Shown here in pieces: positions 26,112-38,943 of a stretch of 64,000 nt of DNA. Position 1 is the first letter of the stretch; each line of letters starts with the position of its first letter. Under the pieces are notes generated by a model. That model had not been told where the DNA came from, did not search any database, and saw only the letters and a program-made list of their open reading frames with translations. The position numbers and the translations under genes are program-made. The DNA is from Lama glama (taxonomy: Eukaryota), in assembly GCA_028534125.1 (NCBI GenBank), contig CM052817.1, positions 108,130,001 through 108,194,000 of the forward strand, read 5' to 3'.

Positions 26112-26588
26112 CAGTGGTTCTCAACTGAGGGTGACTTTTGTTCCCTCAGGAGACATTTGACAATGTTTGGGAACACTTTTGGTTGGGAGAGCAGAGGGAT
26201 GGAGGGGTGCCCTACTGGTAACCAGGGTGTAGAAGCCAGGAGCACTGCTAACCATGCTACAATGCATCGGACAACCTCCTACATCAAAGACTTGCTCTGT
26301 ACAAAACAGATAAACAGCAAGGACCTACTATATAGCACAAGGAACTGTATTCAATTTCTTGTAATGAGCTGTAATGGAAAAGAATTTGAAAAAAATATAT
26401 ACATATACACACGTACATATGTATGTACATGTATAACTGAATCACTTTGCTGTACACCTGAAACTAACATTATAAATCAACTACTCTTCAATAAAAAAAA
26501 AGAATTTTAAAAAATACACTTAGAGAAAACCAAAAAAAAATAGTAGTTACCCAAAATGTCAACAGTGCCAAGATTTGGAAATCCTGGT
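26112..26588 (+). mobile_element. MER20 (hAT-Charlie), split by an L1 insertion
   Basis: Left part 'cagtggttctcaactgagggtgacttttg...gacatttgacaatgt...catgctacaatgcatcggacaac'. Right end 'ccaaaatgtcaacagtgccaagatttggaaatcctg' resumes near 26550. Confidence 0.85.
26295..26540 (+). mobile_element. Artiodactyl-type L1 3' end nested in MER20
   Basis: 'gataaacagcaaggacctactatatagcacaaggaact...ataactgaatcactttgctgtacacctgaaactaac...caataaaaaaaa'. Confidence 0.85.
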
Positions 26589-28351
26589 TTAACCTGAGGT
26601 AACCGTGGAAAGTCCAGGATGAGATCTGATACACTTCCCTGAAGGTCAGGAGAGAGATGTGGTCAGCACCACGTCTGGCCAACTACCAGAGCAACCCCGG
26701 CAGTAACCGAGGTCTTCTCTGTTTTTATAGATTACCCCGTAAAAGTTTACTGACAATTCTGTGCCCTAGTCTAGAGTGTGCAATTACTCAATCGATGAAT
26801 AGATTTTAAGGAAATATTCTGCTCTTCAAATAAATCTGCCCTTTAGATTTGTTTTGAAATAGCAATGAATGACTGTTCTTCCAAGAGCTTTGAACGGGAC
26901 TGCATAAAATTATGAAAATTGATCATGAAACGCAAGGAATAATTATTAAGCATTTATGTGAAGGAGTTTTTACAAGTATATAATGATTTTGGTCCTGGCG
27001 TCAAAGAATTCAGTCTCCCTAAGAGAAATGGTCATTATCTTCACCAGATTCTGTTTTCTATTCAATTGGAAATGAGGGAAATACTTGTAAAAGCTTTAAA
27101 GGAATATTCCTGTCAACCTGCAATCGTGATTTCCTTTGGACATGACACTCATTCATGGTGAAACAATTTGATTTGAGTCTTCAGGAGCTAGCCCAAAAGA
27201 TGCTGGATGCAACACATTCATCGAATTCATTGCACATCATGCTCCTGTGGAAAGTCAGCCTTTTCATGTCGGTTTCTGCAGATTTTCCCTTGTGGAAACC
27301 CACTCTGTCATTCCTGGTGGTGTCCCTTGCTTGGGGTGGGGTTCTGTGTGTGGGTGACTGTGGACTTGTCTGTACAACAGTGAACAGCTCCTTCAAGACT
27401 TCCTTGTCCTTGTTTCTTCCCTCACCCCACTGTGTAAGAGTTTACCTGTTTGTTGCCATTGAGATGCTAAAGGACCTCTGACAACCATATCCCTGAGAGG
27501 GACTTCCATCATTCTGATCCAGGGCCTCAGACAGTTTTCTAGAGAAGGCTTTTTATTTGGGACAAAACAAGAAAAGCCAGAAAGAAATGGAAGACTTCTC
27601 ATTTGTCTCAGAAAATGTTCTTGGAACAACCCTTGATGTATTTCACAGACCTCTTGTTTCTATGCGATGCACTCAAACTTTCCTCCTAGAGTCAACTGAA
27701 ACCAATTTGTGCTTTGGGAAATCACCTAAGATTGGCTCAAAGATTTCTGGACGAAGATGCCCATGACATGCATAGGTGCACACATGCAGCACACAAGACA
27801 ATCCAAATATCTAACAATAAATATGAGAATGGAAGAGTAAGGTAGACAGTTCTATGACCATTTTATCATTTGTCTCTATGTGTCTTAAAATTCACTTTCA
27901 TCGAAGTATAGTGTACATGGGCAGAGGTGGCAAATTCTAAGTATATTTACCTATAAATTTTCACCAAGTATATTCCTGTAAACACAACATAGGAAAAAGC
28001 TGAATATGAACCAGTATTTTCAATATAAGGATTCACCATCTTTATATGCAATGTACACTTTATAATGCAGATTTTATTTTTTTCTAATTTTGTCAATTTC
28101 CCTTTTTACTGTTGTTTTAGTTTTTAAAGTTAATCAAATTACTGTTCCTTTTCTATCCTCTCATGTGAATGTGGGATTTCTTCTTTTTTTTGTAATTCCA
28201 TTAGTGTTTACCCTGCATCATAATCAAATGCTCTACCATCACCAAATACAGACCGAACGCCAGTATTATTGTCTTTCTGTTAATAATGTAATCCAAGCAC
28301 CTGCACTTAGTAGACAATCCGTTTAAAGAATTAATGAATATATCACTCTCA

Positions 28352-28448
28352 TTGCATAAATACAAAAAACACTATTATTGTATAAATGCAAATGTACACT
28401 ATTATTGTATAAACACTCCAAAAAAATACTGTATAAATGCAAAAAATG
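28352..28448. repeat. Short imperfect tandem repeat
   Basis: 'acactattattgtataaa' occurs twice about 27 nt apart, and 'tgtataaatgcaaa' recurs. Confidence 0.7.
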
Positions 28449-31019
28449 TTGTCTCACCAAAGAGCTCTATACTCCAGATTCCCGCTTGGAATACTTTTAA
28501 CTTCTCCAATTTTGCCACCAGGTTATGCTTTCGCAGCAGGGACTTCATCCTTTGCTTTCCATTACCACATTCCCTGTGTTGTGTTCCATCTACGAGAATC
28601 TTCCTGTGACATAACATATCGTTAAACCCTTCTGGTTGCTATGACAACCCATACACTCATTGTTCACCGGCATTTCTTCCCTGTTTCCTCTGTACCACCT
28701 TAGAGAGTCTTGATTAGTTTATTATGATCACTGTTTGTCTGTTTCCTTCAGTGGATGATATAGTCTGAAAACCCTCTACAAGCAAACCTGTATCTACTTC
28801 ACTCTGGCTGATCAGTGGTACCCTGGCTGGAACAGGATTCCAGGTGGGCAGCCTTTGCCTGTCAGTCCTCTGTGATCCCACAGTATCCCAGCTCCCAGCG
28901 TTGCCTGGTGCAAAATTCATTCTTTGTTTCCCTTGTAACGAGCTCCCTTCCTCTGAAAGCTTAGAACATGAGCTCCTTAATCACGGACTTCCTGAATTTC
29001 ACCAGGATAAGCATCAATCCTGCTGAAGATGAAATTTCTCTCTCCTTCAATTTTTATTTTTCCTCCTTCCATTTTCCTATCCTTTTCTTTTGAATTTGTA
29101 TGCATCTGTTTTACAAGTCCATGTCTTTTTCTGTCATGAATTCCATTCCTTTGCATTTTGCTCTATTCAAGCCTTTTTTTCTATTTTATCTTCAAGATTA
29201 CTTTTCCCAGGTCTCAACTGTGAAACTTTAGTCCTTTACATCATCGCTAAAATTTTCATATTAAAAAACATTATGGAATATTTAGTATCCCAATAGTCTT
29301 GGTAGCTATGTTCAAATCTCCTAGAATAGTTTCTTTGCTTATTAATCAAGTTATAGCCTACCTCCTCCAGCAAATCCAAACCCCTAGGAACTGGCTGTTT
29401 TGGGTTTTGTTCCTGTTTCCAGTTCCTGAGTACTCCCAGCTGAACAGTTATTTTTCTTTACCTATTTATGATGTCAAATTCAGGTTTATGTTTGGCTTTA
29501 TCCAAAATAACAGCAAGTGTGAACTTACACTCTGACCTCATAATTCTCCCAAAGTTCAGATGAAACTACTCCATCAGTGTCAGGAACAGGGAAGGTCCAG
29601 GCACAGAATCAAAGTCTCAGCAGCCGCTCTGAGCTCAGGGACCACAGGGTGTCCCCAGGGACACTGACCCCAGCTGTCACTGCCATCTTCCCTCTGCGCG
29701 TCTGTGCAAGTCAGGGCACCAAGCTCTCTGCAGACTCTGTTCAGATCTCACTGTGTCTGCAAACCTCTTCACTGCAGATCACCAAGCTGCCTGAGGCCCG
29801 GGAAGGAGTGGGGCCAGGGCCTTTTTCCTCTGGTGAGACCCTGGTGATGCCGGAGGCTTTTCCCACACCTCACAGCCCTGACGGGCTTCCCCAGAAACTG
29901 CTCTACTCATCGGAGGAGGACTGGAGTTAGATGAGGAGAACAGATTCAGTTTCAAGCAAAAACTCTTTTTACAAAGTATCGGAAGGCTCACCTAGCCCTT
30001 GACAATCAGAAAAAAAAATAAAGTGAGATTTTATTGTCACTATGGTTGTTGCAATAATGGTAATATTACAGGGAAAAGTTATGCCACATAAGGGGAAATA
30101 TTCAGGATTTGGTTTGACATGGTTAGCATCATTTCTCTAAATTGGTCCAATACATGCAAATGGAATTCTCGTGTTTCATTGTTCGATTATTATTATGCTT
30201 CATAAGCAGAGTAGAATTAAAAGATGCTAATGGTTTTATATCCTTACTAAAATAAGAATCCTGCGTCTCACTGTCAATAAAAACAAAACAATGGGGAAAA
30301 TTCTTTGTGCATATGACAGAAAGCACAATAATTCTATGGCATTCTAAATACAAAAAGGTGTCTCTATTGCAGATATCAGCATTCTCCCATATTATTCATT
30401 CTATTATGTGTGGCCAACATTGTTTGAAAACAGAGATGGCCCTTCAGTTTTTTAAATCATACAGTAGAGTCCAGCGGTTTCCCCATAAAACAGAGAACTT
30501 AAAAGCTAAAAATGTCTTCAATTTTCAGTGCTGAGACAGTGTAAGATGAATACGTTTTAAAGACCAAAGACCAATGTAGGAAGAGGAAAAAAATAACATA
30601 TTTAGAATGCCACACTTCTCCATAATCCAAACTAATTTTTGATTTATAAATTTAATGTAACTTGGATCTTTAAAAAGAATACTGGATTAGAGTTGAACAA
30701 ATGAAAAAATAATCTTTTTCAACAACTTAATTATGTTCTCAAAATATGAAAATTAGTAGTATTATCTTATAATGTTTCTTGTATTGTTTGTAAAGTCACA
30801 ATCCAGATAATCATTTAGAATTTGATTCTTTATGCCCATGAATGTACTACAGAGTTGCAATAAGTCAATACACACATACATACAATATATCAGTGAATTT
30901 ATTTGACATCATATACAGATAGTACCATAGGTTACAACCCACTCCCCCCAAAAAAACTTGATTCTAAACCCCAATGCTTCCTTTCCCTAATTCGTTTTTG
31001 TAAGTCAGTTACACAACGC

Positions 31020-31138
31020 AAAGTTTCTAAAACTTTAATGTGCATATGTACCCAAGGTCTTGTTAAAACACAGATGCTTACCTTAACAAGCTCCCAGGTA
31101 ATGCTGCTGCAATTCGTGGACCACCTTTTTCAAAACAG
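31020..31138. mobile_element. MER5-type DNA transposon fragment
   Basis: 'tttctaaaactttaatgtgcat...cttgttaaaacacagatg...taacaagctcccaggtaatgctgctgc...gtggaccacc'. Confidence 0.65.
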
Positions 31139-32564
31139 AGGACCTTTTGATCTCCTTAAATATAACCGAATTCAATGCTCATGAAAGTCACACTGGAATG
31201 AAATTTGCAATTGGCAGCCTTTGTGTATAAACACTGTATTTATCTGAGTTTTGAAAAAAATATTGTGGAGAAAACAATAGCTGATCTAAATCATTTTAAC
31301 CTTTTTTTCCGTATTGCAACTTATGAGCAGAAAGAGTGGAACATTAATTTAAAATTGAAGTGGAAAATGATTGAAGGAAATGCCAATGGTCGAGATGATT
31401 ATTTTCCTAAACTTTTCAAAAGAGTCCTTTCTGATAACAGACACTTACCCTAAAATGTAATGTTAACTGCAAATTAGGGGCAATCATACCACAGAAAACG
31501 CTTAGACAGCTCTTGTCAAATCTCTGGTTTTTGCATTAAGATAGGTATACAAAAAGTTGAACACTGCTTGATTTTTCTATTTCTCTGTCCTCGGTATTGC
31601 GTTTCCTCCCTGTGCTGTAGATCTGAAGCCTGCACAAATCCTCTCGCTAGTGCTTATATGAAGATGAACGTCAGCCTCTTCATTTCCTCACTGCAGCTCT
31701 GTGCTCAAGACACCTGCCTTTTGTTTCTTCTCAGCAGACTCACCCCATTCCAATCCCACATGATTCTTTGAAAATCGTGTAAAGAGAGAGCTGCCCTTTC
31801 TTTTTCCCTGCAGGGTATGTTAGGATATCCCATCATGCACTGGCATTTGAGTGGGAGACCTAGATGATGAATATATCCCGTGGAGAGATATTTCAAACCC
31901 CACCTGGCTCAGAAGTGCTCTGGGAAGCTGAGTTTTATTTACTGAACAGTTCCGAGATGGTTCCCCGTGATGCATCATTGTTGCTGGTGTTTGGTCTTTA
32001 TTCCCTACCGAGTGAAATGTGATTAGTTTTAAAGCAAAGGTGTGTTAAAATGACCTTTCAGTCCCTGCTGATACAAAGAAAGCCATTTCTGAGCCAGGAA
32101 CCACCATTTAGCTATCTAAATGACCTTCTGTTCATTTTTGCCTCCTCCCTGGGGCAGAGGTCTTTCCTGTGTTTTCTGCTTGCTTCTTTTGTTTCCTTTT
32201 GACTATTCTAGCTCTTGGATCGCTTTTGATTTTTATTTTGATGTGTGTAAATAAGTAAAACACTTCTAATCTTTTTCATTGTGTACCTTTTCCACAGCTC
32301 AGATGTTTATTCTGACATTTTATTGAATGTTTTCATTATTTTTAAATATGCAAATAAACATGTTAATTAAAATGAGAAGAAAATGGAAATAAGAAAAGAA
32401 ATTTTTGTGAAGACATTTTTAGTAATTTAAAAGGACGATTGGCAAGGCTATATCCTAATGTATAGATAGATGGCTAGATAGATACTTGTTATTTGAGCAA
32501 AAGATTAGTAGGAAGAACGTTTACTATCCCATTATTAAAATCACAAAAAAAATAATGTGAAAAA

Positions 32565-32708
32565 CTACAACTATCAACAGCTTGTAATAATGTATAAAGA
32601 AAAAGAATATGAAAAAGAATTGTATATGTATGTGTAAATGAATCACTATTCCATATACCAGAAACTAACACAACATTATAAATCAACTATACTTCAATTA
32701 CAAAAATC
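32565..32708 (+). mobile_element. Artiodactyl-type L1 3' end
   Basis: 'gaatcactattccatataccagaaactaacacaacattataaatcaactatacttcaatta', homologous to 26430-26500. Confidence 0.8.
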
Positions 32709-33107
32709 TACAGCTAAAATAAGACATACCAAATCTACCCAACACCACAAAAAGCAATCTGGAGTCACAACTACATGGTAAGCATTGTGGTAAGCTCTGC
32801 CAAAACAGAAATACATGGCATTAAAATTTTTGATTTGTTTGGGTACACAGTTTTCTAGTAATTTGCCCAAAGTCAATTGTTATTGATACTTCCTTCTCTT
32901 TCTGTGTGAAATAATTCCCTGATCCAGTTCCAGGAAATAATACATAGAAATGCTGCAAATCTGGGATAGTAGAATTTAGGAGATTGGTCCAAAATGAGTC
33001 TAAAATGTTTCAACTTGCTGTACTATGTTTGTGCTCCACATTAAGCATATGGATTTATTGAGTTTTTTTTTTTTTTTGGACTAGAACACTCTACAAGTTA
33101 ACAAACT

Positions 33108-33286
33108 CAGTGGTTCTCAAAGTATGGTCCTTAGAGTAGCAGCAAAAGCACCACCTGGGGAATTGTCATAAATGCACGTTTTCAGGACACAACTCAACCA
33201 CACTGAACTGAACACTCTGGGCGTGGAGCTCAGAAATTTCTATTTTAATAATAAGCTCCCTGGTGATTCTGATACACATTAAGTTT
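33108..33286. mobile_element. MER5A
   Basis: 'cagtggttctcaaagtatggtcc...caccacctgggg...aaatgc...aagctccctggtgattctgatacacattaagttt'. Confidence 0.85.
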
Positions 33287-34129
33287 CCTCTAGCCTAATT
33301 CCCTCTTTATCAAAGGAGATCATTGAAATTGAGGCATCACCCAGATCACACAACTAGCTAAAATCTTGCAGAACATAAGTTGTAGCAGGTACTGGGCTCC
33401 CAGTTACACAGTCTGATCCACAGCATAATTGAAGTCATGAAATAATTACATGTGAAAAGTAAGATCATGTCTTATATCTGCATTACTTCAGCATTTGGGA
33501 GTATATGGCATTATTCTAATACCAACAGCAAATCAAAAATTAAACCTAATCAGTCAGGTCACATTGCATAATTATTTAAATGTCTAACGGTGACAAGAGG
33601 TCCAGCATAAGGTTAGGTTCTACTGCTGAGAAGATCTCTTACAGTTATTAGAGAGGTTGGTCTGTTTTTGCCTTAGTTTAACACAATTTGAATCTGAATT
33701 CAGGATGTCTTCAGTTTGATTGTTGAAGAATGGCTGTAGAAGACGTTGAGCAGAGAAACAGAAATTGCAAAGGAGTTATTTCTGAGAAAGTAATGAAAGG
33801 AGTTAATGTATCTTTTAGGATGAAGAAAAATATCAATGATCAGTGAAAAGATAAAATTGTGGTTGTCTTTAAGCACATGAAATACATACATTTCTGTGTC
33901 ATCCACTATCATTCTCCACTCATTATTTCCCATCTGCCTACAAAGATACCCACATGACACCACCTGAAAAATAAAATTTCCCTAAATCTTCATTTATACT
34001 GCATGCTAAATTCATTCTTTCCTTCACTGTAAATTGTAGCTTTTATAACTACAAAGTTAATACTGATTAAAAGTTGAAAACTTGCATGAAGTACCTCTAA
34101 TTAATGTGTGCTATCAGAGGATGTATGTA

Positions 34130-34770
34130 TGTTCATTTGGTTGCCAAAAGGCAAAACATCATCATTGCTTTGAAGCTTTTAAAAAACTAACAAACTTGGA
34201 AATTTTCCATTTCACTAAATAGTCTTTTAAAGGCATAATTGCAGTGGGTACTAAATATTCTGTTACATAGACGTACTATAATTTGCCAACACCCAATTTT
34301 TAGATATTTCACTCATTCCCAACTGTTCATTATTATGCATGAACCTGTGATGACAAACATCCTTGTAGTATATAAATAAAATTTTTGAGTAACTCATCTT
34401 ATTCTTAGCTAAAACCTAAAAAGTAAAATTAACCAAAACCACTTAGAATTTTGCTATACATTTCAAGTTGCCTTTTATACTTCTGTAGAAGTGTTAACAT
34501 TCAACAAGTGATATTTAAAACTTTTACTATTTTTGTATCTTTAACAATTTTATAAAGCAATAATGATACTTTTGTTTCTGTTTCATTAAGTGTTATTTCT
34601 GTGGTGGGATAATGTTCTTAAATAATTATTGGCCATTTGTATTTCCTGTTCAAGTACTTTGCCCATGTTTGATGATGTGTTCATGCTTTTTTATCAATAC
34701 TCAAAAAGCTCTTTAAATTTAAATATTTTGTATTTCTACTGTAGATACTTATTGTTAATATTTTGAAAAG
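34130..34770 (-). mobile_element. Ancient L1ME fragment
   Basis: 'ctgtgatgacaaacatccttgta' and 'tattggccatttgtatttcctgttcaagtactttgcccat' are antisense L1 ORF2/3' motifs. Confidence 0.6.
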
Positions 34771-36689
34771 AGCAATTAAAAAGCACCGTCTAATTTTATT
34801 TGCATTCTTCTCTTCTCAAATTTTAAGAATCTATTATCTTCTCCCACTGCTGCAAAAACTGCTCTTGCTAAGAACATCCTCTCAATCAAAACGTGCGTCA
34901 CTCCTCCTACATTAACTGTCTGCAGCCGGTGTCTTGCCGCCTCTACACCTTAAAATTCTTCTGCTTTGATTTCCCTGGTTCTACTTCCATCTCTTGGACT
35001 AAGTCTTTCATTTCCTCTCCGGCTCCTCTTTCTTTGAACTCCCTTGAAAAGAAGTCTTCCTTGGAGTCTTGTATTGGTTCTATGATCTTGATTCAAAATA
35101 CTCACAAGAAGAGAGAGATCCCTGAGAGGAAAGGAGGGCGCTGGGCTCAGACTCGAGAGAATTTAGTTTTGTCTGAAATCTCCAACTCTACCAGCAACTC
35201 CTCACTGAGCAGATAATCCATTTCCAAATTAAAAAGATTGTAACTGAAGCCAACAGACTGTCAGCATTTAAGCATACCGATTTGACTTTGTCCTTACAAT
35301 TTTTTTTCCTCCTTTCCTGTTACAAAAGGAAAACTCAACTGTTTGCCTTGGTTAAGACCTCTCCTAGGCTACTGAGAATTGCTTAAAACAAACATATGAA
35401 AAGAAATAACACAAAATAGCACCACCAACAAAACTCATCACGAAACAGATGGCTACTACTATCAACCATAAATTAATGTGTAGCTCCTTCAACTCAGCCC
35501 TAAAGATAGCAATTCTGAGTTTCTTCCACAAAAGCAAGTTCTTCTCTCTCCTTTCCCTTTATAATGACTCCTTAAAAGTTAGATCCTTGGGAGACAAATT
35601 GCATAAATCCAAATCTTCATGTACTCTGGTTCCAAGGCCAAAAGTATGATATGATATGGTACAGAACTCAGGGCAGTAGCTGAAAGAAGAGGCAAAGACA
35701 CAAGAAAGGTATTATTTTATTTTTAAGATGATTATATTTAAACACATTTTAAAGCTAATGGGAAAGGGAATTTTTTTTAAATATGTTATATTCTAGGTCT
35801 CAGTTTTATGATCTCAACAATGGTGAAAATCTTAAAAATGTCTCAAATATAAAGTTGACATTAGTTGCCTGATAATAGTAAAAATTTAATTTTTAAGACA
35901 TGATACTTACTCTTTCCCCCTCTTCATTTAAAATATGACATCTACATTGTTATCCATATGGTTCCTTCCCTAATTCTTATTCACTCTTTGACTGACCTGA
36001 AAATTGGAAACAGGCAGAAGAGATTACTGGGTGGTTCCCACTGCACTGCTCAGCTTAACTGTCTACAGATGGGGTGATTTAGAAAAAAATCTATCGAGGC
36101 AGAAGTTGTAGACTTTTGTCTGTTCAATCGACAAATTGTTTCTGTCTGGTGAAACTGTAATTCCAGAAGTTAGAGTGGATGGTTCTATCAGACAGTAATA
36201 GTTTTGTATCTAACTCCTGGCTGGCACTTCTTTGTGAAGTTGTCAGCAAATACGTAATTCTCAAATGTTCTTTGGGTCATTTATAGCACCTTTCTTATAA
36301 TTAATGAGTTGAATACAATTTTTGACAAGCGTTCACTTTATTTTTCATAAGAGTCATGATTTTAACTTTTTGGAAAAATACTTAAATTCACTGCAATCTA
36401 GCACAATATTCACAGTATTATGGCAAAGGAAGAATATTTGTCTCTGTCCATTGAGAAGTGTAAGGTTCACATGCATTAAATAAATTGCCCAGTTTCACAC
36501 AGCTTCTGAGGGCTGAGCCTAGAAATGGGGAGGATTTTCACAAATCAGGCCAAATGACCACATGCTGAAGTTCTACAAATTTGTGAATACATTAAATGGC
36601 AAAGCCTTCGAGTACTATTAATTTTATTAAATATTTTTGGGAAAATGTGGATTTTAAAGTATAAATTTTATATTATACATATTTTTGTA

Positions 36690-38105
36690 CTGAATCCCAA
36701 ATTATATGAAATTTTATGATTGCTCATGAAATGACAGAGATTATGGACAAAGCAGGAAGGACAGGAAAATGTTGTTATAAATATGCTGCAGATATTCAAA
36801 GGTAACTGTGACCATGATGTGGAGAAAAATAAAGGACATTAAAAAGAACTACATGAAGCATCTAGAGATAAACACATACAATATCCGAAAATTTTAAAAT
36901 ATACATACTAAAAGGGTTTAAGAGAAATTTAGATACTGAACAAAAATAATAAGAGAATGTACAACAGAGAATACCAGTGATCAATGGGAAGGTAAAATGT
37001 GTGAGTTATTAGAGAAATTTATTTAAGAAAAAGGAAAGAAAAAGGGAGTATAAATATAAAGAAATTAATGGCTGAAATTTCCCCAAATTTGGCAAATTCA
37101 AACAAGCTCAACAAATCCAAAGAAAAAGAAAACCAAAGAAAACCACCAACGCACATCTTAATCAAATTAGGAAAAAAAATCCATGATAATGAGTAAAATC
37201 TTTAAAGTCAAGAGAAAGAAAAACAGACAGTACACAAGAGAAACAGAATAAAAGTGACAGCCATTTCTTGTCAAATCATATGCCAAAAGACAACAGAGAG
37301 ACATTTACAAAGTAAATTAATTTTAAAAAATGGAATTCTCCATTCAGTAAAAACACCTTAAAAATGAAAAGGCAAAACATTTTTTAGACAAATGTTGAAA
37401 GAAATCATTGTCAGTAGACTTGTACTATAAGACATGGTAAAAAGAAGCTTTTCAGGAAGAAAAAAATAAGATATCAGATGGAAATTTGGATCTGCAAGAG
37501 GATTCAGGAGAGCCAGAAATGATTAATATGTGAGTAAATATAGAAGACATTTTCTCATTTTAATCTGATGAGTTTAAATGACTTTAAAGGCAAAAAGTAA
37601 ATACTAATGTATTTTGAGTTTTATACCATGCATAAAATATATAACACCAATAGCCAATGAAATGAAGTAGAGAAAGTATATTGTTGTAAGGTTCATATAC
37701 TATACATGAAGTGGAAAAATATTATTTAAAAATAGACTGTGACCACTAAGGAGAGAGAGACATAGAGATAAAAATAGAGATGGCAGTGGGTGATAGAGAG
37801 AATCCAACAGTAGAGGAAAGAACAAATAATTGAAAACTCAGTTAATGAAAATGGTGGCACAGAGGGAAGAAAAACAGATCAGAAAGCAGACAGAACAAAC
37901 AGAACACACAGCAAATAGTTTTAAACTCAACCATATCAATAATTATAATAAATGTAATTGATTTAAATTCTCAAAGTAAAAACTGAGGATTGTCATAGGT
38001 AATTGTTTTCAAAAACCAGTTCTTTGTTATCTACAAGAAACCCATCCTAATTTTGTGTATGCAGATGAGGTAAGAGCCAGTGGATGGAAAAAATTTCCAC
38101 CTTAA
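36690..38105 (+). mobile_element. Old L1M ORF1 to start of ORF2, degenerate
   Basis: A-rich sense sequence with 'gaaattaatggctgaaatttccccaaatttggcaaa', 'cagatggaaatttggatctgca' and 'caaccatatcaataattataataaatgtaattg' (the ORF2 start region). Confidence 0.8.
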
Positions 38106-38194
38106 AACAAGAGCTTGAGATCTTGCTTGTAACAAGACCTACTGTGTGTTCAGGGGGCCACTGATGCTCAGGGAACGATTCTGACACTCTGGTC

Positions 38195-38325
38195 ACTGCT
38201 GCTGTGGTGAGTGCCACAGTGCCTTTGTCTCTGACCCAGCAGTCTCATGTCCTCTGTCAGCAGCCAGGAAACAGGCAGGCTAACTTGCCGGCTTGGGAGA
38301 AGAATACAAATAAAATAAAATGTAC
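38195..38325 (+). mobile_element. ERVL-class LTR fragment (MER54/MER74-like 3' end)
   Basis: 'ctttgtctctgacccagcagtctcatgtcctctgtcagcagccaggaaacaggcaggctaacttgccggcttg'. Confidence 0.55.
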
Positions 38326-38394
38326 AGGAACACTTCAGTCCCCTCCCAGTCCTGACAGGACCCGCTTCCTTTTCCACATGCCGGTATCTCCCCA

Positions 38395-38657
38395 GCAGGG
38401 CTCTTCCACGGGCAGCTTGAGTGTGGCCACACCGTGCTGGCTGGCTTCCCTCAGAGAGGACCGTCACAGAGGTAGAAAGCCGAGTAGAAAGTAACCATCT
38501 GCTTACTTCACCTCAGAAGTCACACAGCATAATTCTGCAGTGCTCCTATTCATCAAAGTCTACTTAGTCATCAACCCACCCTGAAGTAGAGGAATTAATC
38601 ACCCTTTTTGAAGGGAAGAGTGTCTGAAAACTTCTGGACATATTTTAAAGCCACCAG
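38395..38657 (-). mobile_element. MLT1 (MaLR) LTR fragment
   Basis: 'cctcagaagtcacacagcataattctgcag...tttgaagggaagagtgtc...ggacatattttaaagccacca'. Confidence 0.6.
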
Positions 38658-38659
38658 GT

Positions 38660-38895
38660 ACCATGACTCTGTTTATATGAAGTTCTAGAAAAGGTAGAAG
38701 TCTAATGACAGAAAACTGATCAGTGGTTGCCGTGACCAAACAGGCTGACTGCTAAAACTCACAAGGAAACTGAGGGAATGGAAATGTTCTCCATCACGAT
38801 TCTTATGTTCCTTATACAACTAATAAAACTATGCACTTAAAATTGATGAGTTTTACTGTATGTAAATTATCTCTATAAATGTGATGGAAAATTGG
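38660..38895 (+). mobile_element. L1MB/L1ME 3' end fragment
   Basis: 'tttatatgaagttctagaaaagg...gatcagtggttgcc...gcacttaaaattgatgagttttactgtatgtaaattat'. Confidence 0.7.
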
Positions 38896-38943
38896 AAAAG
38901 AAAATGTATGACATTCACGAACTACTGACTATATACGTGGGGG

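Noticed and set aside
26067..26510. 147-aa ORF
   Set aside because: Chance read-through of MER20 and L1 3'UTR sequence.
26663..26680. Second REST-like motif TCAGCACCACGT
   Set aside because: Left half-site only, with no GGACAG half nearby.
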